A DNA stretch of 54,256 bases from the NCBI RefSeq assembly GCF_001194135.2, contig NC_068989.1:42982796-43037051 (forward strand), in the 5' to 3' direction. Numbering within the stretch: position 1 is the stretch's first letter; each line of letters opens with the position of its first letter. This document shows, piece by piece, positions 10,880 to 23,588 of this stretch. Both the position numbers and the translations under genes were made by a program. The DNA comes from Octopus bimaculoides. Taxonomy: Eukaryota. The notes below the pieces were generated by a model. The model was not told the origin of the DNA. It did no database searches and saw nothing but the letters and a program-made list of their open reading frames with translations.

Positions 10880-11105
10880 AGTTCCCTCCAGAGCCATAGG
10901 CTCATAAGAACGGTTTGTAGGATTCTGTGGCGTGTATATTTCACCACTGGACGGGACACCAGTCCCTCTACGGATTACTCATTTTAGCCAGCTGAGTGGA
11001 CTGGAGCATCGTGAGATGAAGTGTTTTGCTAAAAAACAGCGTACTCCCCGACCAGGAAATGTAACCACGATATTGTGATCAGGATTGTACCACCTTAACC
11101 AGTAA
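10880..11105 (-). mobile_element. Third SINE-like family with tRNA-like head
   Basis: ccagctgagtggactggagcatcgtgagatgaagtgttttgct...gaaatgtaaccacgatattgtgatcaggattgtaccaccttaacc; minus strand gives a decayed tRNA-like head. Family recognised from memory only. Confidence 0.55.
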
Positions 11106-11208
11106 ATAATGCACATCCACTATACAAACAAACATACATACATGCATACATTTATACATACATATGTATGTGTGTGTATGTATATATGCGATAAATATAT
11201 ATATATTT

Positions 11209-11239
<31 letters not shown>

Positions 11240-11924
11240 CATACATGCGTATATATATATATATGTATATATGTATGTATGTATGTATGGATGGATGGAT
11301 GGATGGATATATGCATACATGTATTCCTACATACACGAATGCGTAGTAGCTACTTGCATTTAGGGATAGATTGAGAGGGAGATAATATTTGATTTGGTTA
11401 TGTTTTCCTTACGAAAGCAAAACATTATTCAGTGACACAACACGATATTAAACAAAATAAATATATTAAATTAGATATCCTGTATCTACTTCCGGATGAC
11501 TATTCTGGTGGTTCTTGTGTTGATTCTTGTGTTAACCTACGATAAGAATCAACAGGTTATTCGGAGATATTTGTAACTATAGTCAACATCTCCTTCTGGG
11601 AGATCTGATTAGCATTCAGGGTATATAAATATCCTCTAGGGTATATAAATATCTTTCAGAGTATATAAAATCTAGAATATATTTCGTAAACAAGACGGAG
11701 GTTTTGACGCAAATCAATACCAAGCAAAATCTTTCTATGCGCTAATCTAAAGATAACCTAAATGCAAACGTAAATCGTTGGTTTGAATGATCACCAACAA
11801 CGCAAACTCATTTTCTGTATTATAACCATCAGATTATTGGGCTCTTGATACTGTCTCTTATAGTCACAAGGTAGGTTGTTACCACGCCGGACAAAGTGCT
11901 TAGCAGCCTTTCTTCTTTTAGCTT

Positions 11925-12000
11925 TCATCTTTACCTGTATCAGTCCAAAGAGTGCGGCCATGCTGGGGCACTGCCTTGAAGAATGTTCTTATACCACTTT
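11925..12000 (-). mobile_element. SINE family B 3' fragment
   Basis: gagtgcggccatgctggggcactgccttgaag matches the family B tail. Confidence 0.6.
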
Positions 12001-12699
12001 GTTTTTATACCAATACCACTTTGTATAGTTAGATGGGTGGAATGCTGAGAGCAAACTAGAGAGTTTTTCAACGTTCTTGAAGAGTAAATGTAAAGCAGAA
12101 TGATTTTAAGATATTCTTTAAATGAACAGAACTGTTTCACCAGCACCAAATACAGTTTGAGCAATGGAAAAACATATATAACTAGAACAACTTCCAGAAC
12201 ATTAGTATTAAATCCACATCTTGAAAACAATTCGTCTTCCAGAACGAATGTTGACTGTGTGTTTCGAGAAACCCAAAGACTTTGACAGACGTTTAATGCT
12301 ATTAGCATTTAATGCTACTTGGCTGTTTTATTTCGATACGTACCAAACTCCAACAGTGGAAGCGACCTGCGACTTGTCTGAAAACCCTACAGTAACAAGT
12401 GGAGTACCATCCAGCAATCTATTTCGCACTCTTTTTCTATCTGCTGTTGCTTATAGTTAAATATGTAGAAATTGTTATCGCTCGGAATAATTTAATCATT
12501 GGTTTCGTATCAAGGAGAGTACAGTATCCGTGCGAGTGTGGGGGTGGGGGTTCGCACGCATGTGTACGCACTATTCTAGAATTGAAGTTTCAACATTGAA
12601 AATTCCAAACTTGGTACTGATCTCAGAAGAATCCTAGTGGGTGACTCTGTTAGAATTCTCCAGCCTCTGGGAAGGATATTGAGAAGGAAAGCGAAAGAA

Positions 12700-12960
12700 A
12701 TAGATTGAATTATGTTAAGGAGATGGAGCTATGCCAAAGCAATGGATGTCAAGCAAGAGTTAAGATAAAGAAGGTTTACAAACCAGTCCCTCAGCAGAAC
12801 CTACGATATGTTGGACATCGTAGGTATCAGTTGATGAGGGGGCTTCAAGTTGGCTATAAAAGTAACAAAGATTTCTTCAAGATGCTTGTGGATCAGAAGT
12901 AGGTGAAAGCCCAGGTAAGAGATCGTGCTTCATGGCTGGAATAGTGCTAACTGAGCACAA
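12700..12960 (+). mobile_element. Possible decayed RTE LINE C-terminal fragment
   Basis: NLRYVGHRR (cf. RLRW.GHV.R) followed by VRDRASW (cf. A.DR..W). Weak. Confidence 0.3.
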
Positions 12961-13166
12961 ACTGGGACTTGATCACCCCTGGCAGGACTGCCTGAATCCG
13001 ATTTCTGAAAGACTCGAAACGCCCAAAGAGTTATCCTTGATGATATATCCAAGTGCATCTCAAAATGATGAATGACCAAAAAAACTATTCGTTGGCATGT
13101 ATGTTTAAGAATAACTATAATGTTGTGCCTTGTCACCATTGACATAGTTTTTTTTACAACATTCTT

Positions 13167-13678
13167 AATAATGTGCATTTTTGCTAATGAATTTTTTAGA
13201 CAGACACTTGGAAGATGTCGATGATGATACTCTGGATAAAAATATTTTGAATTTTAGTTGTTCAGAAAACAAGTTCATATCTCATCCGCTTTAAAACATG
13301 TATATAATCATTCCATAACATGAAAATGTATGTTGCTTACGTCATAAGAATTGATATACTTCAAGAGAATGTGAAATAATTCTTTTTTGAAACAGTGGAT
13401 CTCAAAGCAGATACAGCTATAAATAATAGCGTTTAAATATTCAGTTAAAAATCCGTTCGGATAGATAAAGTTGAAGACTGCCTGTTGGACACGATCCCTT
13501 ATTTCCTGCTAACATAATAGGCGCTCAACCTCAAGTAGCCTTTGACGTTTTCTATCCAAAGAGCTTTGTTAAATGAATATTTACACGTTTTTTTTCTCTC
13601 TGCTGTTGCTTAGAATTAAATATACAATAATGTGCATTTTTGCTAATTAATTTTCTAGACAAACACTTGGAAGATGTC
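13167..13678 (+). repeat. 53-bp direct repeat pair (13167-13219 and 13626-13678)
   Basis: aataatgtgcatttttgctaat(g/t)aatttt(t/c)tagaca(g/a)acacttggaagatgtc; 3 mismatches. Confidence 0.9.
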
Positions 13679-14039
13679 ACTGATCTTTATTTATAGCTTC
13701 ATTTGCTTTGAGTTCCACCGTTCTTAAAAAAGAATTAAAATGTATGACATTAAGCGATTAATATTATTCATTATCAATATGAAATTCGATGGTATGATGA
13801 AAGAATTTCCGAGTGTACGTTTAACCTTCAATAAGATAAACCGGAAGTACTCAATAATTTGAATAATTTCCATCTGTGCTGTTATAGACTAAATATGAAC
13901 AGATATATTTTTTAACATGCCTTCCAATTTCAAGTTGACGATGATTATTATCAATGAGAATAATGTCAGATATTTAACGATGCGCAATAATTATGAACAA
14001 GTTGCAGACTTCCAAAGTTAGTTTTTTTTTACCTTATAT

Positions 14040-14385
14040 CTTTTACTTCTTTCGATCGTTGGATTGTGGTCATGCTGGCGCATGGTCTTCCAAGATTTAG
14101 TCGAACAAATCGACCTCAGAACTTGTTTTTAAAGTATGGTACTTATACTACCTGTTTTTCTTTTGCCAAACCGCTAAGTCACAGTGAGATAAACAAACCA
14201 AAACTAACTGTCAAGCGGTGGGTGGGGACAAACGCAAACTTAGAGACCTACGCACATAGATATATACAAATAGGGAACGGGTTTCTTTCAGTCTCCTTCT
14301 GCCAAATCCACACTCAAGGCTTTGGTCGTTCCGGGGCTATAGTAGAAAATATGTATCCAAAGTGGGACTGAACACAGAACAATAT
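14040..14385 (-). mobile_element. SINE family B, diverged copy
   Basis: ttttgccaaaccgctaagt...ccaaatccacactcaaggctttggtcg...gggactgaac. Confidence 0.8.
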
Positions 14386-15019
14386 GGACTTCATTCTTTT
14401 CAGCGAAGAAAAGAATGTTTTTACATTTTTACGTGAATTTTATTTTTCATGATTATTATATATGTTTTAGAAAACATAAAAATCGTATTTCTACAGAATT
14501 TCATTGCAAAATATATATTATTAGAAACGTTATTAAAAAACCAAGTCGGAGAAGCTGCAGTTATGCAATAAAATCTGTATGTGTACGAACAAGAGAAAGC
14601 ATGTGGGTGTGTAATTTTGAATACTAACTAGTCTGAGTTTGTGACCAGAAATGATATTCTACTGTCACGTGGCAAAGTAACAGTTGATTCTGCGCATCTC
14701 CTTTAGATGTAGTGCGGTAGAAGGAATGGAAGTAAAGATACGGCTAATTTAACAACCGATGAATATATATATATATACAGAGAGAGAGAGAGAGAGAGAG
14801 AGATGGATGGATGGATGGATGGATGGATGGATGGATGGATATAGACATATCGATACAGATATGTATATATATATATATATATGTGTGTGCGTATATATAT
14901 ACATATATATATATGTAGGTATATGCATATACACATATATGTATGTATATATATCTATTTATCTATCTAATTATTTATATATATACTATATATATATATA
15001 TGGGAGAATATACAAATAA

Positions 15020-15092
15020 TAACAACAGACGAGGACAGGTGGTGTAAATAACAAAAGTATATATTAGTATGACGCTCGGGAATACGGAAAGT
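15020..15092 (-). mobile_element. PLE family P2 tail fragment lacking the hammerhead
   Basis: Homologous to 7868-7920. Confidence 0.5.
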
Positions 15093-15137
15093 ATTATATA
15101 TATATATATATACATACATTGATACATCCATCCATCC

Positions 15138-15170
<33 letters not shown>

Positions 15171-16100
15171 TATNNNNNNNNNNNNNNNNNNNNNNNNNNN
15201 NNNNNNNNNNNNNNNNNNNNNNNNNNNNNNNNNNNNNNNNNNNNNNNNNNNNNNNNNNNNNNNNNNNNNNNNNNNNNNNNNNNNNNNNNNNNNNNNNNNN
15301 NNNNNNNNNNNNNNNNNNNNNNNNNNNNNNNNNNNNNNNNNNNNNNNNNNNNNNNNNNNNNNNNNNNNNNNNNNNNNNNNNNNNNNNNNNNNNNNNNNNN
15401 NNNNNNNNNNNNNNNNNNNNNNNNNNNNNNNNNNNNNNNNNNNNNNNNNNNNNNNNNNNNNNNNNNNNNNNNNNNNNNNNNNNNNNNNNNNNNNNNNNNN
15501 NNNNNNNNNNNNNNNNNNNNNNNNNNNNNNNNNNNNNNNNNNNNNNNNNNNNNNNNNNNNNNNNNNNNNNNNNNNNNNNNNNNNNNNNNNNNNNNNNNNN
15601 NNNNNNNNNNNNNNNNNNNNNNNNNNNNNNNNNNNNNNNNNNNNNNNNNNNNNNNNNNNNNNNNNNNNNNNNNNNNNNNNNNNNNNNNNNNNNNNNNNNN
15701 NNNNNNNNNNNNNNNNNNNNNNNNNNNNNNNNNNNNNNNNNNNNNNNNNNNNNNNNNNNNNNNNNNNNNNNNNNNNNNNNNNNNNNNNNNNNNNNNNNNN
15801 NNNNNNNNNNNNNNNNNNNNNNNNNNNNNNNNNNNNNNNNNNNNNNNNNNNNNNNNNNNNNNNNNNNNNNNNNNNNNNNNNNNNNNNNNNNNNNNNNNNN
15901 NNNNNNNNNNNNNNNNNNNNNNNNNNNNNNNNNNNNNNNNNNNNNNNNNNNNNNNNNNNNNNNNNNNNNNNNNNNNNNNNNNNNNNNNNNNNNNNNNNNN
16001 NNNNNNNNNNNNNNNNNNNNNNNNNNNNNNNNNNNNNNNNNNNNNNNNNNNNNNNNNNACATACATATGAATACGCAAAAATTTGTGTACTTTTATGTAC

Positions 16101-16468
16101 TCTTTTACTTGTTTCAGTCATTTGACTGCGGCCATGCTGGAGCACCGCCTTTAGTCGAGCAAATCGACCCCGGGACTTATTCTTTGTAAGCCTAGTACTT
16201 ATTCCATCCGTATCTTTTGCCGAACCGCTAAGTGACGGGGACATAAACACACCAGCAATGCTAGGGGACAAACACAGACACACACACACACACACATATA
16301 TATACATATATACGACGGGCTTCTTTCAGTTTCCATCTACCAAATCCACTCACAAGGCTTTGATTGGCCCGAGGCTATAGTAGAAGACACTTGCCCAAGA
16401 TGCCACGCAGTGGGACTGAACCCGGAACCACGTGGTTGGTAAGCAAGCTACTTACCACACAGCCACTT
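16101..16468 (-). mobile_element. SINE family B, well-preserved copy
   Basis: Minus-strand head gtggctgtgtggtaagtagcttgcttaccaaccacgtggttccgggttcagtccc (A and B boxes); 3' tail gcggtgctccagcatggccgcagtcaaatgactgaaacaagtaaaaga. Confidence 0.9.
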
Positions 16469-16882
16469 CTAAATATTTCTTCATGAATACAGTTATGTTT
16501 AAACCACAATTATGACATAGTTGCATAACATATAGATTATGTTACGTCCATCACCTGGCTGTCATAAGGAAGTCGTTCGAAAGATACTTTGCTTCATATA
16601 CTCTCGTAGCTAACATTTAACTTTCATTTTGTGGCCTGCAGAGAAAGGTAGCTTAACTATACATATTCCTGATGTATTTGAAGGATAGAACAAATACCCT
16701 TACTATTATTATGTTCACACACACACACACACACGCACACATACACATACACACACACACAGACGCACACACATATACATATACACAGACACACACACAC
16801 ACACACATATATACATATGCACACAGACACTCATTCACACTCACACGCACACGCACAAGCACACACATATATATCAATAAAA

Positions 16883-16926
<44 letters not shown>

Positions 16927-17044
16927 TTCTACTCATTTATAGATATAGCTGTGGGTTCACAAGTGTCTACATCTGTTTTTACGTTTAAACCCTGCAAAAT
17001 TGCCGTTTCGGTATATAGACGACAATAAAATGACTCTCGCGTTA

Positions 17045-17128
17045 AAAAATATACCGGGATGGACGTGATCGGGAAGCCGGTGAACTAAAATGGTCGCAGT
17101 CCAATGACTGAAGCCAGTACAGGAATAA
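17045..17128 (+). mobile_element. SINE family B 3' end fragment
   Basis: aaaatggtcgcagtccaatgactgaagccagtacagg resembles the family B tail in sense orientation. Confidence 0.5.
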
Positions 17129-17163
17129 ATGAAAGGATGTGTGTACGTGTGTATGTGTATATT

Positions 17164-17237
<74 letters not shown>

Positions 17238-17299
17238 AATCCAAGAATGGTAAGAATGAAAGACGACACCATTTTAAGCATAGACTTGTAACAAAAAGA

Positions 17300-17582
17300 G
17301 ACAAAAAGAGAGAAGGTACTTACTTTCATGTACCTTTTAAAAAAAAAGCCTGAGGTGACCGTGGTCTTTTCCGTAGGCTTTTCTCTCCACGGATAAACCT
17401 AATCTGTTCCCGTTTTTAACATCGACTGTGATACACGATCCCTATTGATCGCCCCCCCCACCCACGTTTTTTTTTCTTCCCGCGATCCCTTTTGATCGAA
17501 ATTATCCCCCCCTCCAAGAAAAGCTTTACTTTGTAATTTGTCCATTTTCTGTATTTAGCCCTGTGTGGCTATAATAAAAAGA
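17300..17582 (+). mobile_element. Possible LINE 3' UTR remnant
   Basis: Non-coding block ending ttgtaatttgtccattttctgtatttagccctgtgtggctataataaaaa, inserted between (TCTA)n tracts. Assignment rests on recollection. Confidence 0.3.
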
Positions 17583-17628
17583 TATCTATCAATCAATCTA
17601 TCTACCTAGCTAGCTAGCTATCTGTCTG

Positions 17629-17660
<32 letters not shown>

Positions 17661-17668
17661 ACTATCTA

Positions 17669-17755
<87 letters not shown>

Positions 17756-17899
17756 TATAGGCGTGTCTATGTGCAGAGATTTTATGTACTACGTGTATTA
17801 AGTCATTTTAAAACATAGTATTGAAGCCTAATATTTGAAATAAAATTCAAACGTCATAAAACAAACAATTTATACTGGTGACAGAGGCCGTTCACATTA

Positions 17900-18110
17900 A
17901 TGAACGACAGTTCTTGGCTCACGGAACTGCTGTACATCAGTATTAATTTACAAGTTGCATCAATGTTTCCCATCAAAACAGCCTCAGGATATTATCAAAG
18001 ATTAGCAAGTACGATCATATTACTAACGAGGAATATTTGTTTGGAGATGAAAAGTATTATTGTCATTCTATGTGAAAAGCTAACAGAGTTCACTTACCAA
18101 TTACCAACGG
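17900..18110 (+). mobile_element. Decayed RTE LINE fragment
   Basis: HQNSLRILSKISKYDHITNEEYL at ~17971-18040, cf. HQRCLR.IL.I.W.D.ITN.EVL. Confidence 0.4.
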
Positions 18111-18570
18111 GGGACCTTCAATGTGGTTACTGTCTCCTGCTAGACATTACAATCAATCCTCCTCAAATTATACTCTATTAACTCTTCTAAAGTGCTGATC
18201 TCATTAGGCGGTGTAATGATAGCTACTCATTAATCGAGTCAAGGATAGAATGACCATGGCTGAAGCGCTTTTGATCGCAGTTCTGCTTTGCCTAAACAAA
18301 ACAACAACAACCATAACAGGAGCCTTAGTTTTCCATTGTAAGGCTAGTATCACTACCTACAGTCATTAGTCTATAAACAACATTTGCTCATTCATGCATC
18401 ATCTTCAGCAGTATTATTTAATTGGCAAGTAAGTTCCCGCCGTTGTTTTTTTAATTTTTAGGGGGGGGGGCATATGAGTACGTGTGCCTATATGCATACA
18501 TCAATGTACAGGTATATATATGAGCCCGTTTTATTTTCTACTATAGCTGCATCAGATGTATGCGCGTGTG

Positions 18571-19709
18571 CGAGGGTCAGCTGAAAAGTTCATAAGCTGA
18601 CCGAAATTCTCTCGTGGAATGTATCTAAATAAGTTTTATTTTTCAACATAGTCCCTCTTGCGATCCACCTTTTCCATCGGAGTTGTGGTACTTGAATCCT
18701 ATTGGTGAACAGTCGTACACCAATAGAGACTTTCGATGAAATGAAAGAAGTTCATGGTGGTGATGCACCATCATACGAAGTAGTCAAGCACTGGCATCGC
18801 CAGTTCAAATATGGTCAGACATCGGTGGAAACTCCTATTCTTGGACGACCACATTCCGGCATTGATGACGACACTATCCATAAAGCTGACATTTTGGAGG
18901 ATCGCCGCATAATTATTCGGCAACTAACCGAAGAAGTGAAGATAAATGTAGGGTCCGTGGAAAAAATTATTTACACATGCGGAATTTGTCTGTACGATGG
19001 GTTACCCCGATGTTCACACCTTTTCAGAAGCAAGAACGTGTTAATTTCTCCCAGACTCTTTTGGAGGAATTTTTCGGCAAACTTATCATACAGGATGAAA
19101 CATGGTTCCATCACTATGATCCTGAACTACACTACAGTCGAAGCAATGGAAGCATGATAACTCACCACCTCCATAGAAGGCACGTGTCCGACCTTCAGCA
19201 GGCAAGGTGATGCTCAGTCTTTTGGGACCAGGGCGGAGTAGTGATGGTGGATTTTCTGGCAAAGGGCACCACTATAAACGGGGTATATTATGCTTCTCTG
19301 TTGCTGAAATTGCAGGACGCCATCAAAGCAGATGCGTGGCATATTGACCAAAGGAGTCCGCCTCCTCCAAGACAACGCCCCAGTTCACAATGTGCATGTT
19401 GCCAAGATGAAATCACACTCCTGCGGCTATGAAACCCTTCCTCATCCCCTTTACTCTTCCGACCTCGCACCAACAGACTTTCACCTCTTTCCAGCCATGA
19501 AGTCCTTTTTGAAGGGGAAGCACTTTTCACTTATTTCCGAGGTAAAGTTTTGGCTCCAGACGCAACCTACCCACTTCTTCAGACGAGCTCTTCACAGCTG
19601 CGTAAAGCGATGTAAGAAATGTGTCCCCATTGGTGGTGGTTATGTCAAGTTTCGTTTATCCCAGTCCTTGGGAAATTGCCAAGGGACCTTTTTAATGAAT
19701 ACCACCTCG
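18571..19709 (+). mobile_element. Mariner (DD34D) transposon, decayed and near full length
   Basis: HTH region TPIETFDEMKEVHGGDAPSYEVVKHWHRQFKYG...GRP (ORF 18702), QDETWFHHYDPE (ORF 18977), LQDNAPVH...PHPLYSSDLAPTDFHLF (ORF 19332) with exactly 34 residues between D2 and D3. Split across frames; ends begin CGAGG, right end followed by TA. Confidence 0.93.
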
Positions 19710-20592
19710 TATATGTATATGGACGTTTGTATGGGTGTTTGTATACATAGATTTATAAATGTATATGTAGCCAAGATTTTTGCTGATTGGACTGTATGAA
19801 AGTACATGTATGATCGTATATATGGATGTCTGTATGCATGCATCTACGCATATAGCGGTATATGACGCTATGCTCTTTTCTGCAACTTCTGCTTGTATGT
19901 GTACATATGGTCGCAGAGTATGTTTGCAGGCACTGTTATTCCCTGTTATAGACTACATAGTTCTTTGTTCTACAACTTAACTAAGAGAATTGTATTTGTT
20001 GCTATGTGTATATGTGTTTGGATGCTTGCGTGTATGCGTGTTTGTATGCATCAATAGTTATTTTCAGACTGTTGTTCATTATCTCTTGTTCGTTCAATTT
20101 ATTGTTTCCGCTCTCTCATTCCTCTCGAAATCCTCACATTTTCTTTTTGCCTTGTTTGACACATTGCTTTCTCCTACCACCCTTTTCCAAATGTTACCTT
20201 CCTCACATATCGTTCACCTCACACATCTAACTTTTTACTCTCCCTATCTCTCTCTCAAACACACACACACACATACACACACACTCACACACGTACACAC
20301 ACACTGCTACCTTTCTCGATCTTCCTCCTTTTACCCCTTCATTACTCTCATTTTAATTCCTTTCCATTTACTTTGAATTGAATTGACTTGTTCTCTGTTA
20401 ATGAGTGATGGCCAACCGGCGATTACTGTGCACATTAGCAATACAAATCTGAAAATAACGAAATGTGCAATAAATCTAAAATGAAATAATCGATGAATTA
20501 CTTATATAGATGTCCCCCTACTTTTTCCATCAGATAATTACGTTTGGTTCTATTATTAAGGTGTAGCATAATCTGTTGTTGCTACTAAGTTC

Positions 20593-20636
<44 letters not shown>

Positions 20637-21331
20637 ATTAACTACCAACAAAAATAATTGGTAAGCTAACTTAAAAAATCATCACCTNNNNNNNNNNNNN
20701 NNNNNNNNNNNNNNNNNNNNNNNNNNNNNNNNNNNNNNNNNNNNNNNNNNNNNNNNNNNNNNNNNNNNNNNNNNNNNNNNNNNNNNNNNNNNNNNNNNNN
20801 NNNNNNNNNNNNNNNNNNNNNNNNNNNNNNNNNNNNNNNNNNNNNNNNNNNNNNNNNNNNNNNNNNNNNNNNNNNNNNNNNNNNNNNNNNNNNNNNNNNN
20901 NNNNNNNNNNNNNNNNNNNNNNNNNNNNNNNNNNNNNNNNNNNNNNNNNNNNNNNNNNNNNNNNNNNNNNNNNNNNNNNNNNNNNNNNNCAAGTAACCGA
21001 AATACCAACTTTCTACATTAATAACTCTCTAACCCATGCCAGCATGGAACATAGACGTTAAGTGAAATGTTAAAAGAAAGTTTTCAACTCATATATGTAT
21101 ATAAAGTAAATACACATAATTCAAAATCACGTTTTGTGTAGCTTATTTCGTTACCAAAAAAACAGGCACAGATTATAAACAACGAAAGGCCGATTTTGGT
21201 GATTCATTTGACAGAGGTAGTAGAGAGCCAACTTGATGATAAATCTGACCTTGGATCTTGAAAGTTTGCATGAATCCTGGCTGAGTTAAATCTCTTGTAA
21301 CTCCAAATGATGTCATTTATAGTGCAGCGTA

Positions 21332-21419
21332 TTTAAATGATTATTCCGGAGCATATTCACCATCTACTTCCATTACTGCTTCCCATTTGCTTGGCAGCCG
21401 GTCGGAATAATCATTTAAA
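21332..21419 (-). mobile_element. Mariner C-terminal fragment bracketed by a 17-bp inverted repeat
   Basis: Minus strand RLPSKWEAVMEVDGEYAPE*; tttaaatgattattccg (21332-21348) and cggaataatcatttaaa (21403-21419). Confidence 0.5.
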
Positions 21420-21539
21420 GATGATTTTGTTAAATGTTGTTATTGTTTTTGTTGAATGAAATTCATTGTAAAAGAGCCGCGATAATTATGCACCAACCGA
21501 ATAGGAAAACAAAGCAGCACATATCGAGCAGAGGTCAGC

Positions 21540-22515
21540 AATGCCCGTGCAGAGTTTTAGGTCCAATAAGGCTTGCACAACACCTCGTAGACTCTCTCCA
21601 CTTTATTGACATTATCCAGAAACAAGCCGGAGCATGATGTCTGGTGCCAATATAAGTCGCAGGCTCAGGGATGTGGGAGCGCCATGATCTCTGGCACAAA
21701 CCGATCTCCAAAATGTCCAATATCATTCCCTGCCTATCTGGTTTTATATCAGATGGATCTTCTCCTAGAGACATGCTTTAACAGAAGCTGGTGGGTGCCT
21801 CACTCCCAGTGGTCTTTCAGCACGCCGGACACCATCCCGGAATTTTGTGTACCCATGCTATTGCTAGATAGCCGTTGAGCCTGCACTAGATTCACCCGAC
21901 CTTTCAACGAGTCTTGTTTTTAATCTTGCTGAGTTTTTAGCAACCCTCCTTACCAGAGTATCCCAGTGGGAGTGCCGGTTTAGTCGCCGACAACCCGACC
22001 ATGCAAGAGGTTGTACTGGATTCCATGTTACCAGTAGCACTTATAAGAGCCTCATAAGTGACCTGACATAGAATGAAGGATAGCGGGATCTTTAAGCAGA
22101 TGCTATATGGGGAACTTGTTAATGGAAAGAGACCCCGGCAGAAACCAAGGCTACGATTTAAGGACTGTATCAAGTCCTAATTAAAAGCCTTTGATATACA
22201 GGAGACTGACTGGGAGAGCAATGCCTGATATCGCCACAGATAGAGGAAGCAGGTTAAGGAGAGGGTCGACACCTTTGAGAGAGCACGTATTTTGCGTGAA
22301 GAATATAAGCGTGCTGCTCGAAAGCGCACTGCTGGTGTAGTCAATGGGGAAGGCTTGGTTTGCAATGTTTGCAGTTGTGTATGCTTGTTAAGAGCAGGGC
22401 TCATTAACCACCAACGGAGCTGCAAATGCAAAATTAAGTTAGTCCTAGAGCGCACAATGTTCCTGAAGGTCATCAATGGTCTTTCTCGGTCACGAGTGGA
22501 CGGCCATCATGTATG
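21540..22515 (+). mobile_element. RTE-clade LINE: C-terminal ORF remnant preceded by a GC-richer non-coding block
   Basis: From 22067: HRMKDSGIFKQMLYGELVNGKRPRQKPRLRFKDCIKS*...DWE...VCNVCSCVCLLRAGLINHQRSC (RTE C-terminus with C2H2-like end), followed by (ATGT)n. Confidence 0.8.
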
Positions 22516-22627
22516 TATGCATGCCTGCATGTATATGTATATATGTGTATGTGTGTGTGTCTGTGTGTGTTTGTGTATGTGTGTGTATGCATGCATGTAT
22601 ATGTATATATATTCATGTGTCTGTTCC

Positions 22628-22679
<52 letters not shown>

Positions 22680-22689
22680 NNNNNNNNNN

Positions 22690-22731
<42 letters not shown>

Positions 22732-22839
22732 TATATGTGTGTGCGCTCGTACTTGTGAAAATACATTGTTAAAAGGCAAATTTACTGCGATCTTATGGAT
22801 GTGCTTTGTTTAAAAACACAGTATATAAGGAGGGATACG

Positions 22840-23230
22840 AAAATTGTCCCAGAAGCTGGAGAAAACACAAGATGTATTTCTGCCTCGCTGAGTGTTGTCA
22901 ATAACCACACACAGCTACATGCTTAAACAAAATTTGTCGCCACTGATATATAGGTAAACAGTAAATAAAACGTTTACGGGTGTTACAAACAACCGCCGGG
23001 CTGAAAAAAAATCCGTTATATGTAACTGAAGCAGTATCAAATTCAAATAATAACCTATGTAGCATACTTACTGAAAATATATCATTGAAAAACATCCAAT
23101 GAATACGAAAATCGTCTCAACAGCTAGTGAGAATTCCAAGTACACTTCTGCCTCGTTGCAGGTTGTCAATAGCGTGTATTACTCACAGACTACCTCAATC
23201 TTAAACAAAATTTGTCGCCATGATACATGT
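22840..23230 (+). repeat. Diverged ~110-bp direct repeat, period ~278 bp
   Basis: cttaaacaaaatttgtcgcca exact at 22922-22942 and 23200-23220; atacgaaaat(t/c)gtc, ttctgcctcg and gttgtcaata recur upstream in both. Confidence 0.75.
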
Positions 23231-23279
23231 TGTGAATAACTATCCGATTACGTGTATCTGTATGAGAGATTATTTAATT

Positions 23280-23375
23280 CATTTACCTGCTTCAGTCATT
23301 GGACTGCGTCCATATTGAGCACCACTTTGAAGGTTTTAGAGGATCAGATCAACTCTAGTACTAATAAGTTCAACG
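23280..23375 (-). mobile_element. SINE family B 3' fragment
   Basis: tttacctgcttcagtcattggactgcgtccatattgagcaccactttgaagg. Confidence 0.65.
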
Positions 23376-23410
23376 ATTCCTCTATTGGCTTCTTCTTTTA
23401 CTGAAGCACA

Positions 23411-23467
<57 letters not shown>

Positions 23468-23511
23468 NNNNNNNNNNNNNNNNNNNNNNNNNNNNNNNNN
23501 NNNNNNNNNNN

Positions 23512-23588
<77 letters not shown>

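Noticed and set aside
11940-12460. Overlapping non-repetitive ORFs of 60-120 aa
   Set aside because: No recognisable domain or convincing splice signals; lengths are compatible with chance.
16400-16468. tRNA genes at SINE heads (also 26268, 50852 and a B-box-like GGTTCGAGTCC at ~36876)
   Set aside because: A/B boxes are present but there is no complete cloverleaf, and most run into SINE bodies.
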